Assembly (NCBI GenBank): GCA_973851085.1 | Contig: OZ316775.1 | Location: forward strand, 14,198,001 to 14,262,000 | From: Ptychomitrium polyphyllum | Taxonomy: Eukaryota | Direction: 5' to 3' | Length of the DNA stretch: 64,000 nucleotides | In this document: positions 12,380 to 23,548 of the stretch, one piece after another | How the letters are laid out: each line of letters begins with the position of its first letter | How positions within the stretch are numbered: position 1 is the stretch's first letter | Notes under the pieces: generated by a model | What the model was told of the DNA's origin: nothing | The model's database searches: none | Seen by the model: the letters and a program-made list of their open reading frames with translations, nothing else | Made by a program: the position numbers and the translations under genes

Positions 12380-15300
12380 ATGTACGGGGGAGGTGAGTTT
12401 TTCTTTTTTTCCTTGCGCTCCTCTCGTGATTATGGATATCATGTCGCTTTTTTCCGTTCCAGCACGGTATAGCTGGTTAATGAGCTTGGGGACGAAGCTT
12501 CTCCTAGTCGAAACCAAGGAATTGTATCTGCATTGGACTATTTGCTGTTCGTTCTGTCTTGGCAATGAAGAATGTGACCTAGTCGACAACGACCAGGTTC
12601 CCACTGGTCAAGCTAGGTTTCAGAGTTGGAAAATCTGGCAATGTAAAATCCAGAAGGATCGGTGTCTCGGCTTGTGAATTTATGCAATCCACAGTATTTT
12701 GAAGATGTCATCTACGACTTCTGATGGCAGCATCCACAATTCTCTCTGCATCATTTTGGATGCCTGAATTTGTGCTTATTTCAAGAGTTTTCTCTGCCGT
12801 CTCACACTTGTGTGCGAAAATGCCGATGCATACAGGCAATGTATCCAAGAGCTCTTTACAAGAGACTGGCTAACAACCTTCTCGCTTGAAGAGCTTCCAT
12901 TTTCTTGTTCTGGTTTCAGAAATTAGTTTTTCTGACGGTTGCATTGGCTGTTTTCTGTGTAAACATGAAACACTCTGTTACAGTCGTATTACAGAGTTCC
13001 TGACATGGTTTGTGAATACTGATTGTCTAGATGAGGTATCGGCGATAGTGTTGGACCTTGGTTCACACTCCGTGAAGGCTGGTTATGCAGGCGAAGATCA
13101 ACCGAAGTCTGTATTCCCATCGGTAAGTCTTGTTTTGCGGTTTCACACTTCTGGAGCTTTTTTGGTAATTTTAGAAGAATTTACTCCCTCTAGATGCGTT
13201 GGTGCTGGATATTGTTGCACTGTTCAGTTAGTGTTGACCTTGTAAATTGTACTTCCACAATCTATAAGCTTCATCTTGGAATGAAAAAAAATATCTTTGT
13301 CGTTTGGAACCCACTGTTGATTGTAGAATTTGCCAGAGAAGGGGCAAGCATATCCAAAGGGTCAACTTGTAGAATGAGGCTCGCCATACTTCTTGAATGT
13401 TAGTTACAATCTGCCTGAAGTATCTGTTCTCTTCCTGGGGTTTCACTGATGCCTCTGTTTTTACTTTTAGGTAGTGGGATCAGTAGAGGCTCCAGGAGTG
13501 GTGGTCGATGGAGGGGGGGATATAGAGATGGAGGCCAAGAAGCCTGGAAGGAGACTCTATGCGGGTGTGCAAGCTCTCGGGTACCGCAGGGATCATATGG
13601 AGGTGTGTAGTCCACACCTTTCGTAATTATTTTGTAGATATCCACAAACTGTAAAGCCTGAGAACGGTACTATGTTTCAGATGAGTATTCTTGAGTATCG
13701 TTGCTTGGTAACATGAGAAGCTTGGGGTGGCATTCTAGAAATGTATCTTGTTTGTGGTGGCTTCATATATAATAGACGTACGAAGCAAATCAGAGTGCCC
13801 CGAAACAGTTGTTAAGAACTATCTAGGTCAAGGCATTTTCCTAATTGTAATACTGCAGGTCGTACCAGCTATGAAGGATGGTCTCGTTGCAGACTGGGAG
13901 GTTGTGGAGAGTCTTTGGGATCATGCTCTGCGGTAATCCTGCAATTCTGAACTTGAGAATAGACCTTACATTTTTACTGCAGACTTTGTCTACTTTCATT
14001 TTTCCAGTAATGTGACAAGTTTGTCGTCGATTAGACTATTGTAGTTCCTTTTTCAGTCTCTTCTTGACTCGGGCTTCGTTGCTGGCTTCTTTCTTCACGT
14101 CTTTTCGTGTTATATAAAGCGGAGAATACTGTCTTGAACTTATTCTTTCTGATGAATTCAGCGTATTCGTTTGTTCATCAAGTAATGTTTCTCGGCAAGT
14201 ATTTATGGACTGTATCTGCTTGCGTATGATTCTGAGAGTGGTCCTTCTGCTGCACAGAGATCGTTTATTGATAGACCCAAAGGAGCACCCAATGCTTCTT
14301 GCAGAGCCCTCCTTCAACACTCAACAACATCGTGAAAAGTGAGTTTTAACAATTTTCTCATTTGATGAATATGAAAGATGTATTGTTTCGTTTGGAGATG
14401 TTGGCTTCGTCACACCAGAATACCATTAGTAGAGACCCCAGTAGTGGTAGTCGATGGAGAAGTTAGATTGATGTGACTTGTTTCTATCTCATTCATCTCT
14501 TACATCTTGCTCCGTTTTAACGAGGTCGTTCCAGTATGAATAATGCGAAATTCATTTTTTTGAAATGTGTCGATCATTTCTGTTATGTGTCACAGAATGG
14601 TGGAGCTTATGTTTGAGAAGTACGACGTACCAGCTTTATTTTTGGCCAAGAATGCGGTATGCATTTCAGTCTTGACATTTCTACTAAAAACCTTTCTATT
14701 GCAATCTCTTGTATTGTTCTTTCAGTTCACTAATATTTCATTCCTGTCTAGGTATTGACCTCCTTTGCATCAGGCCGAGCTACATCACTTGTTGTAGACT
14801 GGTCCGTTACTACACCATATTTATTGTAGTCATTTCCTAGTTCATTAACTGCCTTTCGTTGTCGCTGCTTGTCTTGGAAGTTAGTTTTGTTTTACCCTTT
14901 TGAATTAATTATGAATCTATATTACGATTACCACATTGGTCTATTTGATGAATTAATGCTTGGTGATGACAGTGGGGGAGGCTCCACTACTGTGGCCGCG
15001 GTGCATGATGGTTATGTTCTTCAGAAGGTATTGTGCATTATTGCAATTCTACAATGGCAAGTAATATCTGAATTGTGATTATTAGAATTTGAGTTTCTGG
15101 TTGCGTGCATTATGAAATTCAGTTTTAAAAAGTACAGGCTGGATCTGTTTTTTATCCTGTCTTGTATTGAATGCGCGACCGTAGAATTGAAAATGATTGT
15201 TTAAGGAACTTGAATGTACAGGCTATAGTTAGATCGGCGATTGGAGGAGAAGTACTAACGGATTGCCTTCAACGAATGCTGGAATCTAAAGGCCTTCAAG

Positions 15301-17679
15301 TAAGTTCCTATTTTTATATAGGCTATCTTGTCGTTCTTAAGTACGTACTTTCTGATAGCAAAAGTACACTACAATTTACGTAGTTCTGCTCTAGTCATGA
15401 TATTCACTCTTCAAGGTGTGATCAAATTCCTGCCCTTTGATGGAGCACACTTACAATACTAAGAACTCGCATTAGTAACCATAGTCCAGTGCACTAACAT
15501 TTTTAGTTTGCTTGCAGATCAGGCCACGGTTCTCGTTTAAGCGCAAGGAGATTCGCCAGGGGGAGTATGAGGTGTGTGATGAATAACTTGCTTTCAGGAT
15601 AATATATGTTATAATGAATTATCTTAATCTTTTGCCTTTCGTTCTTTATTCTACCAGATCTTTTTGCCCGATCAATTGGTTACCCTTGCTAATGACTTAT
15701 TGTTTTGGCAGCTGATTCCCCTTGCGCTTCCAAATACCACAGACAGCTATTACGCTTATTCTCAGAGAGCTGTTGTAGCTGATATTAAAGAATCAGTATG
15801 CCGTGTACCTGATTCGGCTTTTGATGGTGACGTCTCTTTATTCTGGCTTTTCCTGCTCAATATTGCTAATATTTTAATCTGTTAGTATTAACTTCTTGTC
15901 TCAGTGAGTATTATCTTCAATGTGTAGACTTCATGCTGATGGGCGATTGATCTATGCAGATTCTTCTTACGCTAATATACCAACAACACCCTATGAACTT
16001 CCAGACGGCCAGTAAGTGTTCGTCAATTCGTTTGGAACCCTCCAGTTTATTATGCATGTTTGTCAGTTTTACTTTCATTGGTAAACTTTATGTAATTTGA
16101 TTCTGAGATATTCATACTCTGGATTGGACAGGATAATAGAAGTTGGAGCTGATCGTTTCAAAATTTCAGATATCATGTTTAACCCTACTCTTATTCAGGT
16201 TCTCCTCTGTTTACTCAAATTCCTGCTTTGCACTTGCAAATTCCCTTGCTTGTGAATTTGTGATGGTTCTGTCTAGTTTCTAAATGCTGATAAACTCTTC
16301 GTTCTATTCTCTCTATGCGCTCATGTAAGACAGCTAGCTGTTGCTTGTATCCGTTGCTTGGCTATTACATTGTCTCTGATTAGTCTTTCTGAACATTTGC
16401 TAGTTTTGAGTTTTTGATCTAAAATTGCATTTTGAAACTTGTATCATTGACTGTTGGGTCAGACAATTCCCGGCATGGAGAAGTATGGCACTGAAGCCGG
16501 TGTACCTTTCAATGGACTCACGCAAATGGTGAGATGAAGTTGTCGTTTAGCATCAACAGCTTTTTTCGTACCGATGCATCAAATAAGCCATAATGGTGGA
16601 TATTTTGATTTGAATAATGTTTCTAATGGGTTAAGTTCTGGTGTAACAGGTAATCGAGAGCATCAACAAATGTGATGTTGACATACGGAGAGAGCTCTTC
16701 AATAGTGTGATGGTGCGTTCTCTAACTTCATTGCCACCGATTATGAACATTCTCAACATAAAGCTTTCGTGAACCCGAGTTGCGGGATAGTTTATGACCT
16801 CAAATATTGTTTAAGGCCTTCTTATTTCGTTTTTATTACCAGGGATCTGGTGTTTTAAGGTCCTCGGCTTTGCTAGCGATTCTGCTGTTGTAGGCAATTT
16901 TTTTCACTTTTAGTAATAGGTTTTTGCTATTTGTGAATCAGCTTGCTGGGGGAACTGCTGCCATGCAGCAAATGAAGGAGCGCTTAGAAAAGGATCTCAT
17001 GGAAGTAAGCAACAAACCTGGACCTACTATTGCATACTGTTTTTGTCTGGTATTTTGAGAGTCAACTTCATCCATATTCTTGGGTCAGTTCTGATGACGT
17101 GATATTTGACCTTGAGTGCAGGAAGCACCTCAAGCTGCTCGCGTGAAAGTGTTAGCCAGTGGCAACGCCTTGGAGCGGCGATTCAGGTTCTTTCCTCTAT
17201 CTTTGCTTTGAATAGGTTATAGGACTTGTGCTAGATGCAATTTTTGATTCAGCTAAGTTATCTGCATTTTCCTATTTTAATCTCACTTTTGATTGCTGGA
17301 TTTTGTGCAGTGTCTGGATAGGTGGAAGCATTTTGGCTTCGTTGGGCTCTTTCCAGCAAATGTGGTTCTCTAAAGCAGAGTGAGTATTGTTTACGCTTCA
17401 TCCATGAATGTTATCTATACTGCGTTTTCTAACATGTATCAATTATATTCTCATTCTTGCTCTCTGCTTCTTGATCTACACCTAAACCTGATTTCTTGTG
17501 GGAGTAAAGTAGTTTCAGAAACTCTCATCAATTGTCTCATTTTGCTAAGCGTCTCGTTTTAGACTTACTCTACGTGTTGTCTCTAATTTATCTTGTTTTT
17601 CCTCATTTTTGCTCGTTTTCTTCTGGCCTGCAGGTATGAAGAGCACGGTCCCACATACGTGCAGAGGAAATGCCCTTAG
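12380..17679 (+). CDS. ARP4: Actin-related protein 4 (nuclear; NuA4/SWR1/INO80/SWI-SNF), 19 exons, ~431 aa
   Basis: [106 protein letters not shown]. Exons 12380-12392, 13031-13122, 13471-13602, 13859-13932, 14258-14338, 14596-14656, 14752-14801, 14973-15027, 15222-15299, 15518-15571, 15712-15826, 15960-16011, 16132-16198, 16463-16528, 16650-16712, 16942-17004, 17122-17186, 17311-17379, 17634-17679 (1296 nt). Confidence 0.96.
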
Positions 17680-18283
17680 GAACCAGTACCCAGATGCAGC
17701 TGACAATTTTTACTAGGACTGTTGGAGCAAAGCACGATGATCATTTTTTGGATACAATTGTGTGGTATAGGAAAATCTAGGTAACAGATGTACATTATTA
17801 TAAAGGTTTTGCCCAACATTTTTGAGCATAATGAATTGGATCAAAATTTTCAGAATCGGTCATGTTTTGGAATATTAAGGTAATAAAGTGTTGCAGGGAA
17901 GATTACAACAATTGACAAAAGAACTTTTGTGTAAATGAGCCCACACCATTGAAGGAAACCACCATCTTGTTGTCCCGAGTAACGCCTCTGCAGTCCGTAA
18001 GTACATGTGAGTAGGTACACCACACCACAGTCTCCAAATCATATGTGCCGGACCGAGAATTCCAGAAGTGAAGAATGTGGGTTTATGTGGTGAAACGGAG
18101 AAATTTAGAGCTGCTGAAGTACAGGTTACAGCACTGAACGAAACTGCGGTGATGCGTGAAAGGAGATCAGAAAACGAAAGCACTTACAACGCTGTTCGAA
18201 GGATGAGCTGAACCAACCACTGCAGTTTCTGATTTTGCTGCGCATGCTTGTCAGCCATCGTTCTCCCAAAATAGAGAGCACCA

Positions 18284-18466
18284 CTGTCTGCCCACCCCTC
18301 TCATCCTCCACAGGATGAGCGAGTGAGCAAGTGAGCTGCCTGCTGCGGAGTAGGTACACTCTAGTGCTATCAGAACTATCAGGGCTGCTATCAGAAGCGT
18401 TTTCCACTCTCCCAGCAAGGAACCTCACTACAGCATCCTGTGGAGGATGAGAAGGGATGCAGGCAG
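18284..18466. ncRNA. Long imperfect foldback, candidate microRNA precursor
   Basis: 19-bp perfect inverted repeat TCTCATCCTCCACAGGATG (18299-18317) / CATCCTGTGGAGGATGAGA (18434-18452), extended outward by CTGTCTGC/GCAGGCAG and inward by AGTGAG/CTCACT and TGCTG/CAGCA. Confidence 0.4.
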
Positions 18467-18580
18467 GAATGTGTTTTGTTGTTGTGATGTGTTTTCATCA
18501 AGTTGAGGGCAATAGTTTTTATGTTAATTATGATATTTTTCCATTTGTTTTTGTTTGAATATGAAGAAGGCGGACCACAT

Positions 18581-18884
18581 TATTAAGTAATGAGCCTTCT
18601 AATTAGCTTAAAGCCAATTGTAATGGGTCTATTTTCTTATTAGTATAAGTTTTGATATTAAGTAATGAGCCTTCTAATTAGCTTAAAGCCAATTGTAATG
18701 GGTCTATTTTCTTATTAGTATAAGTTTTGATATTAAGTAATGAGCCTTCTAATTAGCTTAAAGCCAATTGTAATGGGTCTATTTTCTTATTAGTATAAGT
18801 TTTGATATTAAGTAATGAGCCTTCTAATTAGCTTAAAGCCAATTGTAATGGGTCTATTTTCTTATTAGTATAAGTTTTGATATT
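18581..18884 (+). repeat. Tandem repeat, 4 identical 75-bp units plus a 4-bp partial
   Basis: Unit TATTAAGTAATGAGCCTTCTAATTAGCTTAAAGCCAATTGTAATGGGTCTATTTTCTTATTAGTATAAGTTTTGA starts at 18581, 18656, 18731 and 18806. Confidence 0.97.
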
Positions 18885-20210
18885 TTTGTTGATTAAAGCC
18901 TTTGCAAGGCTGGTATGCCAAAGAACCTTCTTTCTTCCATGATGCTTTAGTTTATTAGAATTGTTTATGATTTAATAGTCTATTTGTGATGAGTGTTGGT
19001 TATTTTGCTTTACAAGTTAAATTGTGTTGAATGGTGTAGCCTCAAGCTTGTCTTCTTCTTCAATATGACCTTCTTTTCATTTCTAGCCAAAAGGATTTTT
19101 CAATATTCTATAAAAAAAATTTAAAAAATACATTAAAAAAACAATCAAATCAATAAAACCATCAAAGTTTTAATAAAGTAATCCAAAAAAGAAGTTCAAA
19201 CATTCAAAATCTAGACTTATGATGAATCAAATACACATTGCAATGTAAGATTCAATTGAATTGAATTAAAAAAGTTGATCCAACATAATGGGTGTCATTC
19301 AAGGATACTACATTTTTCAATTAAACCTATAATTTGGTTTAGAAACAACTTACATAGTTTGCATTAGTTGGCCAAAGACCTCTTTGTAAATAATGTAGCC
19401 TTTTAATCCAAGCAATTAAATTTCAATTCAAAATCTTGTAATTAAAAAGTTTATTAATTTATATTGCTTTTCATTCATTTTCTCTTTCATCATTAGAAAT
19501 GTCAATTTTGACATATTCTTTTTATTAAACAAAGTCATAGAAGTTTAAAAATAAAATATGGATAAGCAAACATAAGGACCTATATAAAGTAGATTTATTA
19601 AAAAAAGTGTATTAAAGACCATTTTAATGGAGGTAGGCTAGTAACATTTCAAGTTCACATTAAAATGATAACTTCTAATTACATTATACAATATCAAGAG
19701 TTAGAAGTTGGATATAGTCCAACTTATTGAAACAAGCATTTCAACTTCAGTGTTCAGATACCAAATTCAAACCTTTAAGGTTAACTCTCAATGACCACAA
19801 CAAAATCAAAGTCTGTAAGAAGTAGGTATCTAAATGCTCATAGCATACACATTGAGGATTGAAACGTACTGTAAAATAAAATAAAGTGGCCAATCGTGTC
19901 GTTTGGTTGTAAAATGCGTAAGATATTTTGGGGGTAAAAAATCACAAACTAACATCCTTCAACTCTGCAAGTTTTTGGCATGAGCGCCCATGGAAAATAA
20001 CCAACACTCATCACAAATAGATTATTAAGAAAAATAACCAAAATAACCAAAATATTAAGCAAAAACCTGGGGTACAAGTTGGATCCTTTGCTTACCCAAG
20101 AAAAAAAGAAAAAAAGAAAAAAAGAAAAAAAAAGAAACGAGGAACCCACCTGCATGCGAACGTCCGATCCCACATTCGAACGGATGAAACGAAGGCAATA
20201 TTCGTCCAAA

Positions 20211-20238
20211 GAACGGAGAACGGCGAACGGAGAACGGA
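20211..20238 (+). repeat. Heptamer repeat (GAACGGA/C)x4 upstream of the PP2C
   Basis: GAACGGA GAACGGC GAACGGA GAACGGA, preceded by an A-rich purine tract at ~20098-20138. Confidence 0.8.
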
Positions 20239-20958
20239 GATCGAACACCCCTTCCAGGCAAACGCCCTCGTCCAGTGCGTGTGGGCAAGGGACAACAGGA
20301 TTGTGAAATAGCGACGCAACGGACGCCGAGAGCTGTTTGCGTTGCACTGTACAGTCCACGTCACTGGCTCCTTGATTCTGCAACGACCTAGATGCGCGCA
20401 CTAGTACCGGATGCACAGTACAGGTCACCAGCCCCCGAGCATCGGCGTCACACTTCAGACACCCGAGGTCGACCACTCAGGCTGCGCTTACTCCCAAGTT
20501 CTCTCGACTGTACATGAGTAATACTCCGAGTGTTGCTGTTGATACTCGAAAGCATTAGGCGTACGCTGTTGTCGTGTGCAAGTTTGAAGTTCAGGTTTAG
20601 TTCTGGTGTGATGGATCTTGGAAGTAGTTCGTCTTTTCTGTATGCGACGGTGAGGAGCATCTTTCTTCTGAAGTCCAGCCGAGGTTTTGTGCCGGAACAG
20701 AGCTCATGCTCCGGCGATCCTTCGCGAGCCTTTTCTTGTAGACTAGTGTTTGTAGAGTGATGGTTTCTTTTTCTGAAACTGATGTTCGCGATGGTCGTTT
20801 CACTGAGTTTTTTTTGTCGTATGTGAGCATGTCCAATCTGCGGTCTCTTCTCAGATGGTATTAAGTTTGCGCGCAAACCAGACTTTCCACTTTCAAAACG
20901 AGTCACGGAAGTCTAATTTTTATGTTCCCGTGGCTTTTCAGGTAATCGACGTGATCGA

Positions 20959-21132
20959 ATGGAAAACATTCCTTGCGCATCTTGAGCTCAGCAGCTTCGG
21001 TTTATGACGGCCGGTGATTCTTACTCCAAGCTCGCCGCGACTGATCCTCTGTTTGATCCATGCGACGGCACCAGCAGAGATGCGAACAACGAGGTGAACT
21101 CCACGGCATTGAGACCGGTTTCATGTCTTTAG
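20959..21132 (+). promoter_or_regulatory. Upstream ORFs in the PP2C leader (20959-20985, 8 aa; 21004-21132, 42 aa)
   Basis: After a likely 5'UTR intron acceptor (TTTTCAG at ~20941): ATG-MENIPCAS-TGA and ATG-MTAGDSYSKL...RPVSCL-TAG, both in the same frame as the main ATG at 21169. An out-of-frame ATG at 21060 overlaps the CDS. Confidence 0.55.
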
Positions 21133-21168
21133 CTGCGCAAGGAGTCTGTGCGACGTCGCATATCCGAA

Positions 21169-23548
21169 ATGGGGGCCAGGCTATCCTCGGAGCAACGCGG
21201 ACCGGAGGAGACGTCCCAAACAGACGAAGGCAGCGGGACAACCTCGAGACACTCCATGTACGACGAGGTCGTGGAGATTCGCAAGGAAGGTGATTCCACT
21301 GAAGAGCTGAGCGTGCACTTCGGCTACCAATGTCAATCCGGCCGTGGAATTCAGCGAATGCGCTCCCCCTCCGCCGACACCATCTCCGAAGCCAGCTCCG
21401 TTGACGACACATTCACGTTGCATAGTAACCCCTTCACTCGCTGCAATAGCTCCTTCTCGTCCCTCTCGGGCGCTGCATTGGGTGCGAACGCCACCCTAGC
21501 GAATTCCAGTATCTTCAATGGCAAGCTCGGGGAGGAGATTCTCCCGAGCCTCGACTCGCCCAAAATGTTCCGCAAAATGGACGCCATTTACCGAACTTCC
21601 TCCCTGACAAGCGACTTGTCGTCTCTCACTCGCACCCTTAGTCAATCTATCGGTAGCCAGTCGGTCCCAACTGAGCTCGGCGACCTGACCTCATATGCAG
21701 ACAGCCGGAGTAGCTTCCTGAACGCACTCGACGTGCAGATGGCGGGCGGCGCAGCTGGGGAGGACCGAGTGCAAGCCGTCTGCTCGGAAGACAACGGATG
21801 GCTCTTCTGCGGGATCTACGACGGCTTCAACGGCCGCGACGCGGCCGATTTTCTGGCGGGGACTTTGTACGAGAACATCGGTCTCAGCTTGCGATTGTTG
21901 GAGTACAAAGCACAGAAGAGGCAAGCGCTTCTAGATGCCGACGATAGTGCGAATTCTGGAAACGATGACACCATGGCGGAGTCGGATTTTAGCGACATGG
22001 ACACGGCCATGGAGGAGGTTTCAGACAACGAAAGCGCCGATCTGCCGCAGTTTCGACATGGGGTTCTCGAAGGGCTGCGGCAGGCGTTGGTGCAGACCGA
22101 GAGCGATTTTATGGAGAAGGTGGAGCAGGAGATGGGGCAGCGACCGGATCTCGTCATGGTGGGGTCGTGTGTGCTGGTCGTGTTGATGTATGGGCGGAAT
22201 TTGTACACGTTGAACTTGGGCGACAGCCGAGCGGTGCTGGCGACGACGAAGCCGCCGAAGCATGGCTCCAAGAAGAGGAAGAGTGGCGGGCTATATGCTG
22301 TGGAGTTGACGGAGCGTCATGTGGTTGAGAGTGCGAAGGAGAGAGAGCGTATCATTACTGAGCATCCTGATGATCCTAGGGCCATCAGCAATGGGAGGCT
22401 TAAAGGCAAGCTCCGTGTCACTCGCGCCTTCGGTGCCGGCTACCTCAAGAAGGTAACCTTGCGAAATCCCTGTCCGCAGTGAACTTTATTCGCACCTTGC
22501 TGAACTCTGTCTGTGATGATGTTGTTCACAATTTTACACCTTGCTGAACTCTGTCCGTACTGATTTCTCTACGTCTTGCTGAACTCGGTATCTTGTGGTT
22601 TCATTCACAATTTTAGATCTTTCCAATGTCTTTGTGTGTAGCGGTTTCTCCACACCTCGTCTGTAGTGAGTCTTTTCATTCTACATGTTATCGATCAACT
22701 TGATAGCTGCAGATGCATTTCCTGGTTAAACTTTACATTATGGTACTGACATATGTTAACAGACGCTCTGTTTTTGGTCTCCTCCGCATTCATGTATCTA
22801 GACGAGTGTCTAGCAAGGTGAAAAAACTTGCCGTGTTAGGATTTTTTCCCAGTGTGAAGGGCAGTTTTGACATTTGTTTGGGTGTGAGTTGCAGGCTGCG
22901 ATGAACAATGCACTGATGGGGATACTGCGCGTGCGGGATTTGAGCAGCCCTCCGTATTTGGATGTGACGCCGTCAGTGAGCCGGCTGCAAGTGCAGCCGG
23001 AGGATAAGTTTGTGGTGATAGGGAGCGATGGGCTGTATGATTTCTTCACGAATGAGGAGTTGGTGGAGCATATCAACAGATTCTTCATGCATCAGCCAAC
23101 GGGCGACCCCGCCAAGTACATGGTTGAGCAGCTGCTCATTCGTGCCGCTTCTAATGCCGGTACTCTGCAATACCATCAAGTTCAGCAATCTGTTTACATG
23201 TTCACCTTTAATGAAATATAAGTCCTGTGACCCAAGGTATCCAAGGAAGTGATTACATTCTAAAGACGTTTGTGGAATATAATTTCTGTGCTTGCATTGT
23301 TGTTTTGTGCTTGAAGTGGTGGAGTCCACACTGGAGAAGGAAAAGTTGTAGTCTTTTTGGCGTTGTGATATATGATTGTAGAGTTGGTTATTTAATTTTT
23401 GTGTGCCTATGCGTTTGCAGGTATCTCGGTGGACCAGCTAAATTCAGTACCTATAGGGCGCAGAAGGAAGTTCCACGACGACGTTACCATTATCGTGGTG
23501 GACCTGAGGACATCTTTCTCTGCTGCTAAGGCTTCCACTTTCTTGTAA
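21169..23548 (+). CDS. Protein phosphatase 2C, clade C (POLTERGEIST-like group, resembling Arabidopsis At3g16560/PP2C40), 3 exons, ~558 aa
   Basis: VQMAGGAAGEDRVQAVCSEDNGWLFCGIYDGFNGRDAADFL, LNLGDSRAVLAT, LKGKLRVTRAFGAGYLKK, GSDGLYDFF, GDPAKY, GRRRKFHDDVTIIV. Exons 21169-22452, 22895-23159, 23421-23548. Starts MGARLS (Gly2/Ser6 myristoylation-like). Confidence 0.93.

Noticed and set aside
18581..18884. CRISPR-like array
   Set aside because: Units are contiguous and identical with no unique spacers; eukaryotic context.
20167..20178. ATCCCACATTCG resembling the plant snRNA USE element
   Set aside because: No properly spaced TATA box and no recognisable snRNA downstream.
19949..20906. Minus-strand ORFs of 175 and 152 aa
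   Set aside because: Non-ATG starts or low-complexity poly-Phe from A-tracts; they overlap the PP2C promoter/leader and show no recognisable motifs.
22493..22616. GTGATGA...CTGA...CTGA in PP2C intron 1 as a C/D snoRNA
   Set aside because: The CTGAs belong to a local degenerate repeat (CTTGCTGAACTC x3); no terminal stem and no convincing C' box.
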